Positions 1-14,062 of a stretch of DNA of 64,000 bases are shown here, piece by piece. The position numbers and the translations under genes were made by a program. Positions within the stretch are counted from its first letter, which is position 1; each line of letters starts with the position of its first letter. The DNA lies in the NCBI GenBank assembly GCA_030390025.1, contig CM059432.1, positions 40,364,001 through 40,428,000 on the forward strand, given 5' to 3'. The notes below the pieces were generated by a model, which saw only the letters and a list, made by a program, of their open reading frames with translations, was not told the origin of the DNA and ran no database searches. This DNA is from Squalus acanthias (taxonomy: Eukaryota).

Positions 1-464
1 TCCAGCCTCTCCTCATAACTCAAGTTCCCCCATCCATGGTAACATCCTGGTAAACCTCCTCTGTACTCATTCTAAGGCCTTGACATTTTTCCTGAAGTAT
101 GGCGCCCAGAATTGTCCACAATGCTCCAGCTGAGGCCTAACCAGTGATTTAAAAAGTTCTAATCATATGATACACTAACTGAACACGTTCTTATTTCTGT
201 TGAAGATGATTAACATTTGAGCCACCTCAGTTTCACTCCAGCAGCAGCAAAGTGATCCTCCAGGATTAGCCCAGTTAAAATGCTGTTGGGCGGCTCATAG
301 ATAATACTGCTGGAGGCGACATTCAATAATGATTCCCCGCCTCAGCCTCTGAAACCCTTCTTGTGAGACGTGAATGTGACTGTGGTAAAAAACCAGGTGA
401 GCATTAGGAAGGCTCTGAAAATGGTGGGCAGGTGAAAATCATGAATTATTGGGGATGGGGAGAG

Positions 465-752
465 GGTGAGTCTCAGAATAAGGGGTAGGCCATTTAGGAC
501 TGAGATGAGGAGAAATTTCTTCACTCAAAGGCTTGCGAATCTTTAGAATTCTCTACCCCAGAGAGCTTTGGATGCTCAGCCATTAAGTATATTCAAGACA
601 GAGATCGATAAATTTTTGGGAATTAAGGGATATGGGGATAGTGCGGGAAGGTGGAGTTGAGGTAGATGATCAGTCATGATCTTGTTGAATGGCGGAACAG
701 GCTTGAAGGGCCAAATGGCCTACTCCAGCTCCTATTTCTTATGTTCTTATGT
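465..752 (+). mobile_element. CR1 LINE 3' fragment
   Basis: CR1 end (MRRNFF.QR) and 3' UTR ending tcttatgttcttatg. Confidence 0.8.
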
Positions 753-1685
753 GAGGGTGTCTAGAATATTCAGAAGCTCATCGTGATTCATCATGCTGTT
801 GGCAGAAGAGAGGAAAATTTGTTTGAAACTATGTCTGAGTAAATTTTGAATTTTTTCGGGCGTTCATTTCGGAGTTGCTGATGTGCTAAATTTTATTCTT
901 TGGGATATAGTGAACTGTCATTGCGCTTGCATCTCAACATTTTTTGCTGCAATGTGATTATGTAATTTTTTTGATGGAATGTGATTGGGAAGAAATGTTT
1001 TCACAGTATGACTGGTGAACAATAGAAAGTAGACAATAACCAATTAGAAATGAAAAACAGACAAAGCAACAAGGAAGAAAAGAAATGACCAAACAGCTCA
1101 ATATGCATGATGTAGACAACAAGCCTGATGCACATGAAGCAATACATGTTGTTAGAAAGATGCAGGTAAAGCAGTTTTCCATGCAGGAGTGGCTGGACTA
1201 GAATTCCAATTGAAACTGGCTTGCAACACTGGCAAGACAACTGGAAAAGTAATTTCATGCCCTGTTTTTTTTATTTTTGCCCTAATATCCATAGCAGTTG
1301 TTAAAACAATTTTGAAGCCTGTTATAGTAACTGTAAACAAGAAATATGAGCAATGATCATGAAAAATGCTCCCTTTACCCACCATGAAAAATGTGAATTG
1401 ATTCTGGCAAGTTGCACATAATAAAAATAAGCTCAAGTGTCACCAGAAGAATGTAAATAAATGCATGGAAACATTAATGCAAAGTAAAAGCACTAAGAAG
1501 TTTTAGAGCTTTTTTGGAGTCACAAAGTGAGTTTGTGCTATTTTAGTACACTTCAAAAGTACTTCATTGGCTGTAAAGTGCTTTGGGACGTTCGGTGGTC
1601 GTGAAAGGCACTATATAAATGCAAGTTTTTCTTTCTTTCTTAGTGTTTGCAAGCTATGCACAAACCTATGCAATTCAAGACTAAC

Positions 1686-1796
1686 CTTAATCGCAATGCA
1701 ATGTAGACCTTTAGCCATCAAGATATAAACCAAATCCCTGGTCAGATTATCCTTGATTCCAAGAATAACTCCGCCATAAACTGTTGGCACTTCCCA
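1686..1796 (-). CDS. INTS8: INTS8 coding exon 14 (WEVPTVYGGVILGIKDNLTRDLVYILMAKGLHCIAIK); gene continues beyond window start
   Basis: ORF 1611..1805; tttcag acceptor, gttagt donor, 111 nt; cumulative CDS 1752 nt. Confidence 0.95.
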
Positions 1797-1906
1797 CTGA
1801 AACAAAAATGATTTCAGCTAAATATTACAAGATAAACATTGCAGATCAAAGCTTGCAGACTATTTACAATGGTCTAGCACCACTTTGGAAATGGTCAATT
1901 ACTTGC

Positions 1907-2040
1907 CTTGTTGGAAACAGTCCAGAATTGCCGATCTGATGTCATTCCATGTAGCTCAATTAGAATCTGTCGAATTCTCCCTGGGTCAACGGTTAGGATG
2001 AGCTGGTGTTCCAGCTGACCAATACTGACACTGGCTGATG
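1907..2040 (-). CDS. INTS8: INTS8 coding exon 13 (ASASVSIGQLEHQLILTVDPGRIRQILIELHGMTSDRQFWTVSNK)
   Basis: Manual translation; ttttctag acceptor; only AAG|gcaagt (GC donor) keeps the frame; 134 nt. Confidence 0.92.
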
Positions 2041-4070
2041 CTAGAAAATATAATTGCATGCAAAGGTCAACTCACCCAAATCACAAGTTCAACGTATTTC
2101 TAAGTACACAGCTTTTATTAAAAAATACCTTTAAATAGAAAAAGAAAGACTTGCATTTATATAGCGCCTTTCATGACCACCGGATGTCTCAAAGTGCTTT
2201 ACAGCCAATAAAGTACTTTTGGAGTGTAGTCACTGTTGTAATGTGGGGTAGAGGAGGCTTGATTATGATTTTAGGTAATTAAGTGTTAGATAAACATAAA
2301 TCAGGAATCAGCAGTTGAAAAATTAAACTGAGTGTCACAATGCTACTCAGAAGGTCTCGTGGGATGGTTCTGCTGGTGACATAATGGGCAACTGTATCAC
2401 TCAATGTCACACTGAGCCATACAGACCATGGGTGCCTAAGCTTTTGTTTTTGTGAGCTGAACTGGTGTGCACCAGTGGTGTGCATGGAGTCTTGGATGCC
2501 ACATATAAAGTGTAAATCCATGTGCCCATTAATTTGCATCTCAAACTGTGGATACCAACAGATCACGACATTCTAATTCAGGATTCATCAAAAGAAGCAA
2601 CATTCTAAACACAGCCTTTCCAAAATTCCAGGCCCATAAAATTTAAACAGGACGAACTAGCAAATAAGACTGTTGGCTGGACTTCGAAGAGCAGATTGCC
2701 AGGGCCTAGACTATTAGGGCCCCAGGTTCACTCCATGGTCTGTGTTGAGTTGGTTGATTTCTGCTGGGACAACAGTGGGGCTATTACAAATAGCCTTATT
2801 TCTCCTGTACGACAGAGAGAGGGGGAGGGGACGGAAACCATTCCATCGCGGTTCTTGCTCTTTACTCCCTGGGATCTCATTTCTCTTTGCCTACTGCAAG
2901 GGCTCTACTTGTAATTAGTTTGGGTAGTCTCAAATCAGAACTGAGGGTGTGGGCACACAAAACTGGCCATAAGCTTCCACAAAATTAGTACTGTAATCTT
3001 ATAATGATGGCTGGTTTGGAAAAATTCATACTAATGTGATATAGGGTGCTCTTCTGAGGCTGGGGCAGGGATACATTGCAGTGGCTGGAAGGAGCTTTAC
3101 TCTGTGAATAAGATGTGGCCATGCTATAGCTGACAACGACGACATTGGAAGACAAAACAAAATTAAAAATAAGTTCAGTTCCTCTACACTGATGATTCTC
3201 ACTTTGATAGTCACAAAACAAAATCAACAAAAAAAAGTTATATTTAAATATTGCTCAGCAATGCAGAATCCTTACCAGATTCTCAGTTGAATGGAACATT
3301 ATACATCATCTAACTGTCATACCAAACAGATAATTTTCTCCCCCTCTACTTTTTTCCCCACCAACTCATCATACCAAAAGAAGGTATATGAAACCTTTAT
3401 TGGTACTTCAGCAAACATTCAGTAACAGCTTAGTTGGATGAACAATTGAATCTATCGAATAAGTTAGCTTCAATTACTGCTACAGGCAATCTGCAGAACT
3501 GGAGGGAAATAAAAGTCCACAAAGCAATGCAATTTCAATTTGTTTTTAAGACACACCGAGAGAAAGTTGAAAAAAAGCTTTCCCAAATGTTTCAGTAGAT
3601 AAATGCTCTGCCACGTATGGTTCTGAGCCATAGAGAACAGGAAGGTCTCAGGTTCACTCCATGCTTTGTGCATAGGTTTTTGATCTGAGCGCAGAGATGT
3701 CAGAACTACATCTGGTCTCACCGTCCCCAAGCTAACGGAATGAAAAATTAGCCAGCAATATCGGAAAGTCAGAGTTTGTGGGCATCGAGAAAGGACAGAT
3801 TTAGGCTCAGATGTGAAGCTTTCCTTCACACAGTCCAACAGATGCTCATTGACTAGGCTCACAAATGAAGAACAGCCAAGTTGGGGAGAGGGGGCCGGTG
3901 TGGAATCAAAGGGCTGTCAGCACCTGTGAAACTGTACCCTCACACTCAGGAGAAAAATTGTGAAATATAGAACTATACTGACTGATTCAAAGAAGTCAAA
4001 AACATTTGAACAACTATTGTTATATTCAGCAATATTTTGAAGTTTGATATAGATTCCGTAGCAGACTCAC

Positions 4071-4246
4071 CTGGTATATCATAGAAAACAGTCAAAGGAT
4101 TGGTAGAGAGATTAACACGAGGTGATCTCTTTCTCATTTGATCAAGTAGTAGTTTCCGCTCTTCATCCTTCAACAGTCTCATACACATATCATGTGAGGA
4201 AATCATGAAAACAAACTGAGGGTCATCCAAACTTTGGCATAAATTC
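4071..4246 (-). CDS. INTS8: INTS8 coding exon 12 (NLCQSLDDPQFVFMISSH...LLKDEERKLLLDQMRKRSPRVNL...FYDIP)
   Basis: ORF 3973..4230; cag acceptor, gtgagt donor, 176 nt. Confidence 0.95.
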
Positions 4247-4742
4247 CTGCAGAAGTGTTAACAAAAGCTGATGAATTAAGATGATTTTACATCATATTTA
4301 CTGCCTAATGCCATTCTAACTAATCACCCAGATGGCTCATGACACTATCTAATAATCGAATGCTCATCACAATGCAAAGCTCAAGTCCATCCAAGAGTTC
4401 AATCCTGTTCCCATATCTGGAGAGACTCTTTCGACGCCTCTCTGAGAAAGAGTTAGAATAGTAAACAGTGCAATAAGCCTCGATCTCAACACAGTACGGA
4501 TGCAAGAAGGGAAGGGGAGCACAGACCACAGTAGTACTTTTCCCTGGATATTTAGAAGTTAAGATCGTAGCAGTGTGAAATAAAAAGAAGGATGCAAACA
4601 AATGTTCATTCAATTGTTCTTCTTTAATCAGCCTTCATTTAATTGAGGCCAACAATTATTGCTTTTGTATTATGACATTTTCAGACTGGTGGTTTAAGGT
4701 GCCTCAGATAAACCCACCAAAGTCTGGCATACAGGTCTCGTG

Positions 4743-4811
4743 ACAGAGACAGAGACAGAGACAGAGACACAGAGACACAGAGACACACACACAGAGACAC
4801 ACACACACACA

Positions 4812-4874
<63 letters not shown>

Positions 4875-4878
4875 GCAC
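4743..4878 (+). repeat. Compound microsatellite (GAGACA)n-(CA)n
   Basis: Directly visible. Confidence 0.97.
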
Positions 4879-5366
4879 GTTACCTCAGCTCATCTACTCC
4901 CCAAGCTACTGCCCAAAATGGATTTTCACAGGATGCACGCACAGGAACTTAAAAAAAAATCCAAAAGATAGCATGGCACAGCACATTAGAGCACCAACAT
5001 GTGGTGGGATGCAGGTTTAATCCCTCTGCTTCAGGAGTCCCCAGTTGCAGCTGCACTCATGAGAGAAGAATCAAGCAGAAAAACGCCACTTCTCCATAGG
5101 ATCTGAGCAACAAAAAAGTCTCAAAAGAGTTGTCACGGAGTACTCTTGTGCTGCCCTTGGCATTTAGACTCAGAACATCACTTGGGAAGAGCAGGGACAG
5201 CAAAATATGAAAAGGAAAAAATAATACCTTTAAAAAAAATTCTGAATAATGATTGAAGAAGTAGTCTACTCTATAATACTTCAGCCTTTCAGTTTGTTGA
5301 GATGAAATAAGATAGAAATTAGACAAAGGAAACATTGATAAGTATATTTTTAAAAAGCATACTTAC

Positions 5367-5437
5367 TTTAAAAAAGCAGCCAACTTTCTTTTGGAGTCTT
5401 CTGAAGCTTGATCCAGGTTTAATGACCGTGCACATGC
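5367..5437 (-). CDS. INTS8: INTS8 coding exon 11 (ACARSLNLDQASEDSKRKLAAFLK)
   Basis: Manual translation; tag acceptor, gtaagt donor, 71 nt. Confidence 0.92.
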
Positions 5438-6111
5438 CTAAGATATCAAACATTATAATCTCACTAAAAGATTTTTTTTTACCTTATAAAATTACGATGT
5501 CATACATTCGTCTTAGGCAGTCATTTGACAAGTTTAATTAGATAAAGTCAGTATGATGATTATTTAGCTGTGCTTAATGCTTCATACATAGGCAAATCTG
5601 TACTAAACTTACTCTTTTCTAAAGCGTTCTATGAGTAACTTTCAATCAAATTTCAATCAGTTCCTTGTGTTTTTGGACAGTCAGTATCTGGCATCATATC
5701 TTGATCGCATCCTAAGATTGGAATTAACCATCAAAGGACTGTCATACTTGTTATAGATTTGACTCTCCTTGCCCAATTGTAGTTGCTAGAAGGATAATTT
5801 TAAGACAGTAACACTATCCTTTGTGTAGCACCATAGCAACAGGACAAGATCAGGATCAAGCTTGGCTTTAATACCCCCACAAGCAAATAATTGACATTCA
5901 GTGTCTAGGCTCACACATAAAGGATGAACACTTGGGTGAAATATGAGACAGTGAATAGTACCCGTGGAACTGCGCTCCAGCAAGGAGAGGAGGGGAGAAC
6001 AGGTCAAAATTGAAAACAAAAATGCTTCATACAACTAGAACTGCAGCACTTCAAATGTTGAGGCTCACACATCAAGTTGGACATTACCTGATTTGATTTC
6101 AGAAAAGATTC

Positions 6112-6476
6112 AGAAAGAGGAGATTTGATAGAGGTGTTCAAAATCATGAACGGTTTTGATAGAGTAAAGGAGAAACTGTTTCCAGTGGCAGAAGGGTCGA
6201 TAACCAGAGGACATGGGTTCAAGATAATTGGCAAAACACAAAGACTTTTTTTTTTAACGCAGCGAGTTGTTGTGATCTGGAATGCACTGCCTGAAAGGGT
6301 GGTGGAAGCAGATGTAACAGTAACTTTCAAAAGGGAATTGGATAAATACTTGAAGGGAAAAAAATTACAGGGCTATGTGACAAGAGAATGGGACTAACTG
6401 GATAGTTCTTTCAAAGAGCCGGCACAGGCACAATGGGCCGAATGGCCTCCTTAATGCTGTATCATTCTATGATTCT
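6112..6476 (+). mobile_element. CR1 LINE 3' fragment
   Basis: ORF 6125..6397 (TRGH, WNALP, FKRELDKYL); (ATTCTATG)n tail. Confidence 0.85.
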
Positions 6477-6808
6477 CTGACGAAACAGATCATTCTGAAT
6501 CTCAGGTTAAGCGAGGAATCAAGTACTTGAGCGATCTTCTCTGAGGGAGGGCAATCCATGAATCTGTCCAATACTAAAACATGTCGTAGGTTTAAGAGTA
6601 TCATTGGCCAGTTGTTTCACGAGTAAAATAACTTATAAAATGGAGTAGTCAGAGGAAGTGTGTCTGTGTGTGGGGGGGGGGGGGGGGCGGTGGAATAGAA
6701 TCAAAATGGCCAAGTAATGCCCAAAATTTAGTAATTATTAACCAAGTCTACATTTTGACAGTTGATCTTGTATTTCAGAAATACCAAAATATTCACTTAT
6801 GGCCTTAC

Positions 6809-6950
6809 CTCCAGTAGGAAGTCAATTCTTTCTTTGGTAGGTTTTAGCAGTAGTTGGTGGAATCTTACTCCAATCACCTGCTGCTCCAGGACATCCCGAA
6901 CAGTGTTGCATGCACAGACTTTAAAACAAACTTCTTCTAAGTTTCTATCC
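6809..6950 (-). CDS. INTS8: INTS8 coding exon 10 (DRNLEEVCFKVCACNTVRDVLE...KPTKERIDFLLE)
   Basis: ORF 6797..6985; cag acceptor, gtaagg donor, 142 nt. Confidence 0.95.
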
Positions 6951-8278
6951 CTGTAACAAATGGAAAATAAGTTGACATCAGTCATATCTTTTTATTGTCT
7001 AACAATTTACAAATAATGACTAGTCAATAGGTGGCTGATAAATGACTGTTGGCACTACACTCAAGGGGTTCAGAAAATAACTGAATGCAAAGCTGTTACA
7101 ACCTGGAACATGGTCTCAAACATCTTTCTATTTTTACAAAGTACCAGCTGATCTCCCATGACGGGTTCCTGAATAAAATTGGGAAAAGGATCACTGGGAG
7201 TTACAGTTCTTTGTTCTAACCAGACAAGCTTCAGCATGCAACATCAACAGCTGCTGGAGTAGAAGGCCTACCAGCATTTCTGGCTGACAGCTGAGTTTTG
7301 GCAGGTTCTGCCTGAGAATAGGATCAGGTCAGATCAGATTGGGAACTTTCTGGGAGCAGGGTTGGGTGGGGTCTGTATTTGCCTGAAAGTGGGGTCAGAT
7401 TGTGCAGGGCAGACAGAACAGGCTAGGCCAGATATAGAGACTGAGAAGGCTGGGACCTTGGAGAGGTTGGAGATTGAGGTCAGGCAGAGCAGAAAGTTTA
7501 AGGAAGGGGGATCAGGACTTGGTCATGTGAGAGAAAAAAAGTTACGAGAACTGAAAGCTGAAAATGAAAGTAGAAAATTTAAAAAAATGAAAGCCTTGTG
7601 ATTCTGATTGGTCCGTGATGTCTTGCGCTGGTATGGACCAAATAGCAACATTAGAGGCTTGATATATTACACTGACGTACAATATTACAAACATTGGCAA
7701 GACTTTTAGTACTGTACTATTTGGTCTCCTGTCACTTTGTTAATCGACTTTTAAAAAAAAAAAAATTGTGTCTCGTTCTTCCCGTAACTTTCTCTCTGCA
7801 ATTCTTTGTTTCCCTCTCTGTTTTGCAGTTTGTTTTCCACTGTTCAGCGCATCTTTCTTTGCATCTTTCTATATTCTCCTCACACATTTTATGTTGCATT
7901 TGTTCCCCTTCCTGTGACTCTTCCATTAATATCTCAATTCCCCATGCCTCCTTTACTTTCTCCATTTTCTCTCTGCTCCTCTTTGCATGTTCATTCTGCT
8001 TCTCAATTTCTGGCTGCTCTTTCTTTTTCATTGCATCTCTTAATTTGAGGTAAGGCTGGTTGCAATGTCTCTGCACACATGTATGGAGGCCCAAAAACAG
8101 TGGGACTGGCATTGCTTGTATGCATGAAGTTTGAAAAAAACAGCACTAAGGGGCAGTGGGGCCATATATACATATAACAGTGGAGAACACTGCATGGAAA
8201 GCCCATCCGAGAGATACAGCTATAGGAATGGAGTAGAAAGTAAGCCTAAGCACCCCGAGAGAGGGGCAACCCCATGAC

Positions 8279-9235
8279 TAGGGTTGGCAGTTCTGGTTGG
8301 AGGCATTCCTGGAGGTTTGATCACGTAACATTCTGACCACATGACATCTGAGCATGTGATGCCAGATCACATGACAAAGACATTGGATCACGATTAAATA
8401 TTTATCCCATTCCCTTTGCAATGAAGATTTAGTCTCTATCTCAACAGCCACATGTGGTGAAGGATCCCATGGTCTAATAGCCCTCAGTTCAAGATCCTTC
8501 CTCCTCCCTTCCCACTTGTTTCTTCCAGCGAGTATCCTTGGTTTCCGTTGCCTAGTTCCCCATTTGCCTACCAGTGGAACTAATCTTTCACTATTTACCC
8601 ACAATAAGGTCCCTGGGTTTCATTCACCCCTTTACTGGCTGCTCCTCTCTCAGTGCCACTTCCACTCACCACCTTGTTGCTGCTGCTGCTCCTGGCTCTG
8701 CAGGAAATGTTCACACCTGCCCCATTGTCATCTCCCCCACTTGAGCCCCAATTGCCTGACCCCCATTCCCCAGTACGCCCCCAACCTCTCATCCCCAGAT
8801 CCCCCCATCCGCAGTCTCCCTCGCTCCCCGAACCCCCATTGCCCAGTCTTCCTCTCCTCCACCCCAATTTCGAGCCCCCGGATTTCAGAGCCCCCCCCAC
8901 CACCCCGGATTTCAGAGCCCCCTGCTCCCGATTCCCAACTCCGGTCGCGGCTCTCTGCGGATGATGGCACTGAGCAGCAGCCGGTGACATGCTCCGTGGA
9001 ACAGCCTGGGAACTGACTGTGTTTAAAATTAATGCAGTTCAACCTCATTCTGACTCCCAGTGCCAGGCTAACAGTTAGTAGTTATTTACATTACCTCTCA
9101 CAGTGTATGTTGTTCATGTGGGCGCATGGCGGCGGGAGATTTAAATTGCATATTCTGGGCTGCTTGAGGCAGTGCTCGGGATAGTAACCCCCGATTCCAG
9201 GAAACTCCCGGTTATTCCTACCCATGGCAGGGGCA
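8279..9235. mobile_element. Related hAT-like element in the opposite orientation, with internal C-rich short repeats (8760-8940)
   Basis: Begins TAGGGTTGGCAG...CCTGGAGGTTTGATCAC, similar to the reverse complement of 46350-46391; right end approximate. Confidence 0.5.
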
Positions 9236-9440
9236 AGTAATGTAGTAATAGTTAAATAAAAATGAGAAGAGGAAATAGGGGAAGGTCAAGGAGTGAAGTT
9301 TGTCCTGTAAATTATTTGCATTCTAAGAATATGCGGGATACTTTCACATACCAAATGGACACGCCACCATATTCACAACATTTATTAGGTAGATATATAA
9401 ATGGCGTTCGTTCTATATCGTGTCAGTACTATTTTGTAAG

Positions 9441-11180
9441 AACTTAAGAATTAGGAACAGGAGTGGGCCATACAGCCCTTCGAGCCTGCTCTGCCATTCA
9501 ATAAGATCATGGCTGATCTTCGACCTCAACTCCACTTTCCCACCCGATCCCCATATCCCTTGATTCCTCGAGTCCAAAAATCTATCTCAGCCTTGAATAT
9601 ACTCAACGACTCAGAATCCACAGCCCTTTGGGGAAGAGAATTCCAAAGAGTCCCAACCCTCTGAGTGAAGAAAATTCCTCCTCATCTCAGTCTTAAATGG
9701 CCGACCCCTTGTCCTGAGACTATGTCCCCTAGTTCTAGACTCTCCAGCCAGGGGAAACAACCTCTCAGCGAGAGGATTCGAGTACAGGAGCAAGGATGTC
9801 TTGCTGCAGTTGTACAAGGCCTTGGTGAGACCACACCTGGAGTATTGTGTGCAGTTTTGGTCGCCTTATCTGAGGAAGGATGTTCTTGCCATGGAGGGAG
9901 TGCAGTGAAGATTCACCAGACTGATACCTGGGATGGCAGGAATGACATATGAAGAGAGATTGGGTCGATTAGGCTTATATTCGCTAGAGTTTAGAAGAAT
10001 GAGAGGGGATCTCATTGAAACTTATAAAATTCTAACAGGACTAGACAGACTAGATGCAGGAAGGATGTTCCCGATGGCCGGGGAGTCCAGAACCAGAGGT
10101 CACAGTCTAAGGATAAGGGGTAAGCCATTTAGGACAGAGATGAGGAGGAATTTCTTCACCCAGAGAGTGGTGAACCTGTGGAATTCTCTACCACAGAAGG
10201 CAGTTGAGGCCAATTCATTAAATATATTCAAGAAGGAGATAGATATATTTCTTAAGGCTAAAGGGATCAAGGGATATGGGGAGAAAGCAGGGACAGGGTA
10301 CTGAATTTGAATGATCAGCCATGATCTCATTAAATGGCGGAGCAGGCTCGAGGGGCCGAATGGCCTACTCCTGCTCCTATCTTCTATGCTTCTATACCCT
10401 GTCAATTCCCCCTCTGAATCTTACATGTTTCAATGAGGTCACCTCTCATTCTTCTAAACTCCAGAGTACAAGCCCAATCTACTCAATCTCTCCTCATAGG
10501 ACAATCTTCTCATTCCAGGGAACAATCTAGTGAACCTTCGATGCACTGCCTCTAAGGCATGTATGTCCTTTCTCGGTTAAGGAGACCAAAATTGTGCTCA
10601 GTACACCAGGTGTGGTCTCACCAAAGCCCTGTACAATTGTAGCAAGACTTCCTTACTCTTATACTCCAACCCCCTTGCAATAAAGGCCACCATGCAATTT
10701 GCCTTCCTAATTGCTTGCTGTTCCTGCATGCTAATTTTGTGTTTCCTGTACGAGGACACCTAAATCTCTCTGAACACCAAAATTTAATAGTTTCTCACAA
10801 TTTAAAAAATATTCTGTTTTTCTCTTCGTCCTACCAATGTGAATAAACTCACATTTCTCCACATTAAATGCTGCCACCTTATTGCCCACTCACTTAACCT
10901 GTCTATATCCCTTTGCAGGCTCTTTGTGTCCTTTTCACAGCTTACTTTTCCACCTAGCTTTGTATCGTCAGCAAACTTGGATACATTGCACTCGGTCCCT
11001 TCATCTAAGTCATTAATATAGATTGTAATTAGCTGAGGCCCAAGCACTGATTCTTGTCACACCCCACTAGTTACAGCCTGCCAACCGGAAAATGACCCGT
11101 TTATCCCTAATCTGTTTTTTGTCCGTTAACCAATCCTCTATCCATATATTACCCCCAACCCCATGAGCCCTTATCTTGCG
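9441..11180 (-). mobile_element. CR1 LINE fragment, interrupted by an opposite-strand CR1
   Basis: RT motif LGPQL...SKFADDTKL (ORF 10802..11047); 3' end at ~9445. Confidence 0.85.
9769..10392 (+). mobile_element. CR1 LINE 3' fragment nested in the above
   Basis: ORF 9933..10304 (YEERL..LGLYSLE.RR.RGDLIE). Confidence 0.85.
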
Positions 11181-11489
11181 TTTTTATGTATCAAAACTAT
11201 CCATGCATTAGATTCACCGGAGTCCATATTTTCTCTTACTGCTTCTTCCATCACTAAAGCTGCCTCCAAAAAGCTTGACTTCTGCTTTCATGCTAAATAT
11301 TTCTTTGCCTCTTGACAACTCTTAACTCTAATAAAGATAAAGCCCATCAAAATTTGAATACTGCTCCCATAGCAACAATTTAAAAAACCTTATACACTCT
11401 CAAATGGGACACAAGAAAAGGCTCATCATCTCATAGACAATCCTCTCTAATCCTCAACCTCTCTATTGCAACCTTCCTTGTTTTAGGTG

Positions 11490-11768
11490 GTAGCCGTGGC
11501 TCAGTGGTAGCACTCTCGCCTCTGAGTCAGAAGGTTGTCCCACTCCAGAGACTTGAGCACAGGATCTAGGCTGACATTCCAGTGCAGTACCGAAGAAGTA
11601 CGGTCATAGGTGCCGTATTTCGGATGAGCCGTTAAGCCGACGTTTCCATCTGCCCTCTCAGGTGAACGTAGAAGATCCTATGGGACTATTTTGAAGAGCA
11701 GGGAAGTTCTCCCATTATCCAGGCATATCCTTCAACCAACAGCACTGAAACAGATTATCTGGTCATTA
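11490..11768 (+). mobile_element. Same SINE family, 5' part
   Basis: agccgtggctcagtggtagcactctcgcctctgagtcagaagg head. Confidence 0.75.
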
Positions 11769-12020
11769 ACAGGGTGATGGATGATTTGGACTTAGTGCAG
11801 TGCAGGACAGGAAACATGTGTCAGAGTTGTGGACATGTTATAATTTATGGAAGGTGGAAGATAGCTGGCCAGAAAGGAGAGCATTAGTGTAGTTGAGTCA
11901 GGAGGTGATGAGAACAAGTAAAAGAGTTTCAATAGCAGATGGACTGAGATAGGGGTATATTAGCCGAGGTGGGGTGGAGGTACACATGTTGCAGAGTGGT
12001 CTTTGTGAGGGAGAAGATAT

Positions 12021-12901
12021 GGGCCAGAATTTTGCTGGCGCTCTAGGGGGCGGGGTTGGAGGTGGGACCGCTGGCAAAATTACAAAGATTGACAGCGGGC
12101 AGGAAACCCACTGTCAACCCACCTCCAATCAATCTTGCCAAGTGTCGGGTTCCCGATTTGCGCATGGACCCGACACCTAGCGGCGGGAAGAGGATTATAG
12201 CCACTTAACCGCCTGTTAAAGGTTGTTAACAGGCAGTTAACAGGCTCTTTCTCAATTTTGGCACTTCTACTTCGGGCTTCCCGACGTCCGGACAGCACGC
12301 CAGGTAAGTGTGGCGTGTTGCAAGTTTGCTGTAATGTTTCTGCATTGATGACAGCTGCAGAAGTGGTGTGAAGGATCCAATGGTGCACTGGTGAGTTTCA
12401 GAGGTAAGAAAATGTTGGGAAATTCATTTTTAATGCATTTAGACTTTTCTGTAGGTAACAAGTTTTGAATTGTATGTCTAGTCCCACCTCATTGGGAGAA
12501 CCTCTCTCACCAGTGATAGATCGCTTCTGTAACCTCATCTGCAGTTGCCATCTGTTCTAGCCTAAGGAGGGAGTCACTGGAGAGCCTGGGTACAAGAGCT
12601 TACCTTTGTACAGTGATTGTTAGTGTTTGCAGCACCTCAATGCTGTCAAACACTGAGAAATCAGCTGTCAAAAGAAAAAAAATTGTGCGTGGTCCCTTTA
12701 AGAAAACCGGCAGATGACGTGTCATCAAATGATGTCATCTGACCGGCTTCCTCTTAATTGGCTGGCAAGCCCGCAGGGCGGGCTTAACAAGGCCAATTGA
12801 CGTAAAATCACGTCTGTGGGCTAGATGTAGTTGGGGGCGGGACTGGAACTCGGAAACCACCTGACCCACTCCCAAGCCGCATCGATTGATAAATCGCGGC
12901 T
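12021..12901. mobile_element. GC-rich Harbinger-like MITE inserted into an old L2 fragment
   Basis: Flanks rejoin as gatatgggtctgaagctc (L2-like, compare 29730); imperfect TIR ggccagaattt / aaatcgcggc; internal hairpin at 12205-12240. Confidence 0.5.
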
Positions 12902-14062
12902 AATGGGTCTGAAGCTCATCTCAGCATTAAATAGGGCTCTGAGATTACTAACAGTCTAGTTCAACTAACAGGAAGATGGGAGGGGGGGGCGGGTGTTAAA
13001 ATCAGGAAATAACAGTTTTGAAAAAATATAATACTCCTTTATATATTACTTTTGATGGGAACAAAGCTCCCACTAATTCCTGAAGTTAGATTAAAAATAT
13101 TTCTCAATTGAAACAGCAACATTTTTCATCAGATGTGATTGTTTTTTAACTAAGGGAATTTAGAGAACATAAAACCTTGATCTGCAATATTCAGCATTAA
13201 AATTCTCATTGATATTGCACTGTTACCATGGAGCAAACCAAGAGAATTGGTTGTAGTGTACCAACACTCGGTGCCATGGAGTAGTGGGATGCAAGTTCAC
13301 ACCTGGGATTCGCACATTGCAAGTTCCTGATCTTATTTGGGTCATTTGGGAAACATGTTCAACACAGAGGAGACAGAAAAAACAGAACTTCAAATATTAA
13401 AAATGTATCAAAATGCAAATCAATTTCTTATGCACCTGTTACCAATCGGCTAGCACAAGTTCTCTGCCAGCCACATGAATCAGGTAATGATAGTGAGCAC
13501 AATCTTTAAAAAAAGGGACAAAATAAGATTAGGAGAATGGGTGATGATGTATACAACAGCACTGCCCTTTCACGTAGAGAAATTGGGCTCAAATCAATCC
13601 TGATTAACAGGATGAAAATCATGAGTTTTGATCATCTCAACTCTACCCTCAATACACCTGGGACCCCACCAAAAAAAACCTGCCAATAACTCATCAATAT
13701 TAAGCCTAAATTGGTAGCCTTTTTGAGACAGGACACAAGGTATATGGGAAATGGAAAATTCATGCAGGTGTAGGAGGGACTGCTCTTGTGAGTTGGGGGT
13801 TGAAGAGCGCTGTTAGCGAGTAGGAGCTTTGCTCTACTTCTGGTCTGTACTATATTCATCTGAACAGTTGATACTACTACCGGTAGCAAAAAAGCATTCT
13901 ATTCCCCCAGCACTAATGCCCTTTACGCCGATAAGCATAAAAGTTGACTCTTTCTCTCCCCTGTCTTCTCCCTCCCCACAAATAATGATTGCTACTGTAC
14001 AACTTAACATCAGTAACCTTTCTAAATACTGACCACACAAATGAAGTTGCAAACATTCTTAC

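Noticed and set aside
4681..4952. CV-repeat and HT-repeat ORFs
   Set aside because: Translations of the (CA)n microsatellite
7694..8112. Overlapping 119-aa and 126-aa ORFs (Glu/Lys-rich on the minus strand)
   Set aside because: Pyrimidine-rich low-complexity intronic sequence with no recognisable domain or splice support
8516..9048. Pro-rich and Gly-rich ORFs in several frames
   Set aside because: Arise from C-rich short repeats inside a non-autonomous element
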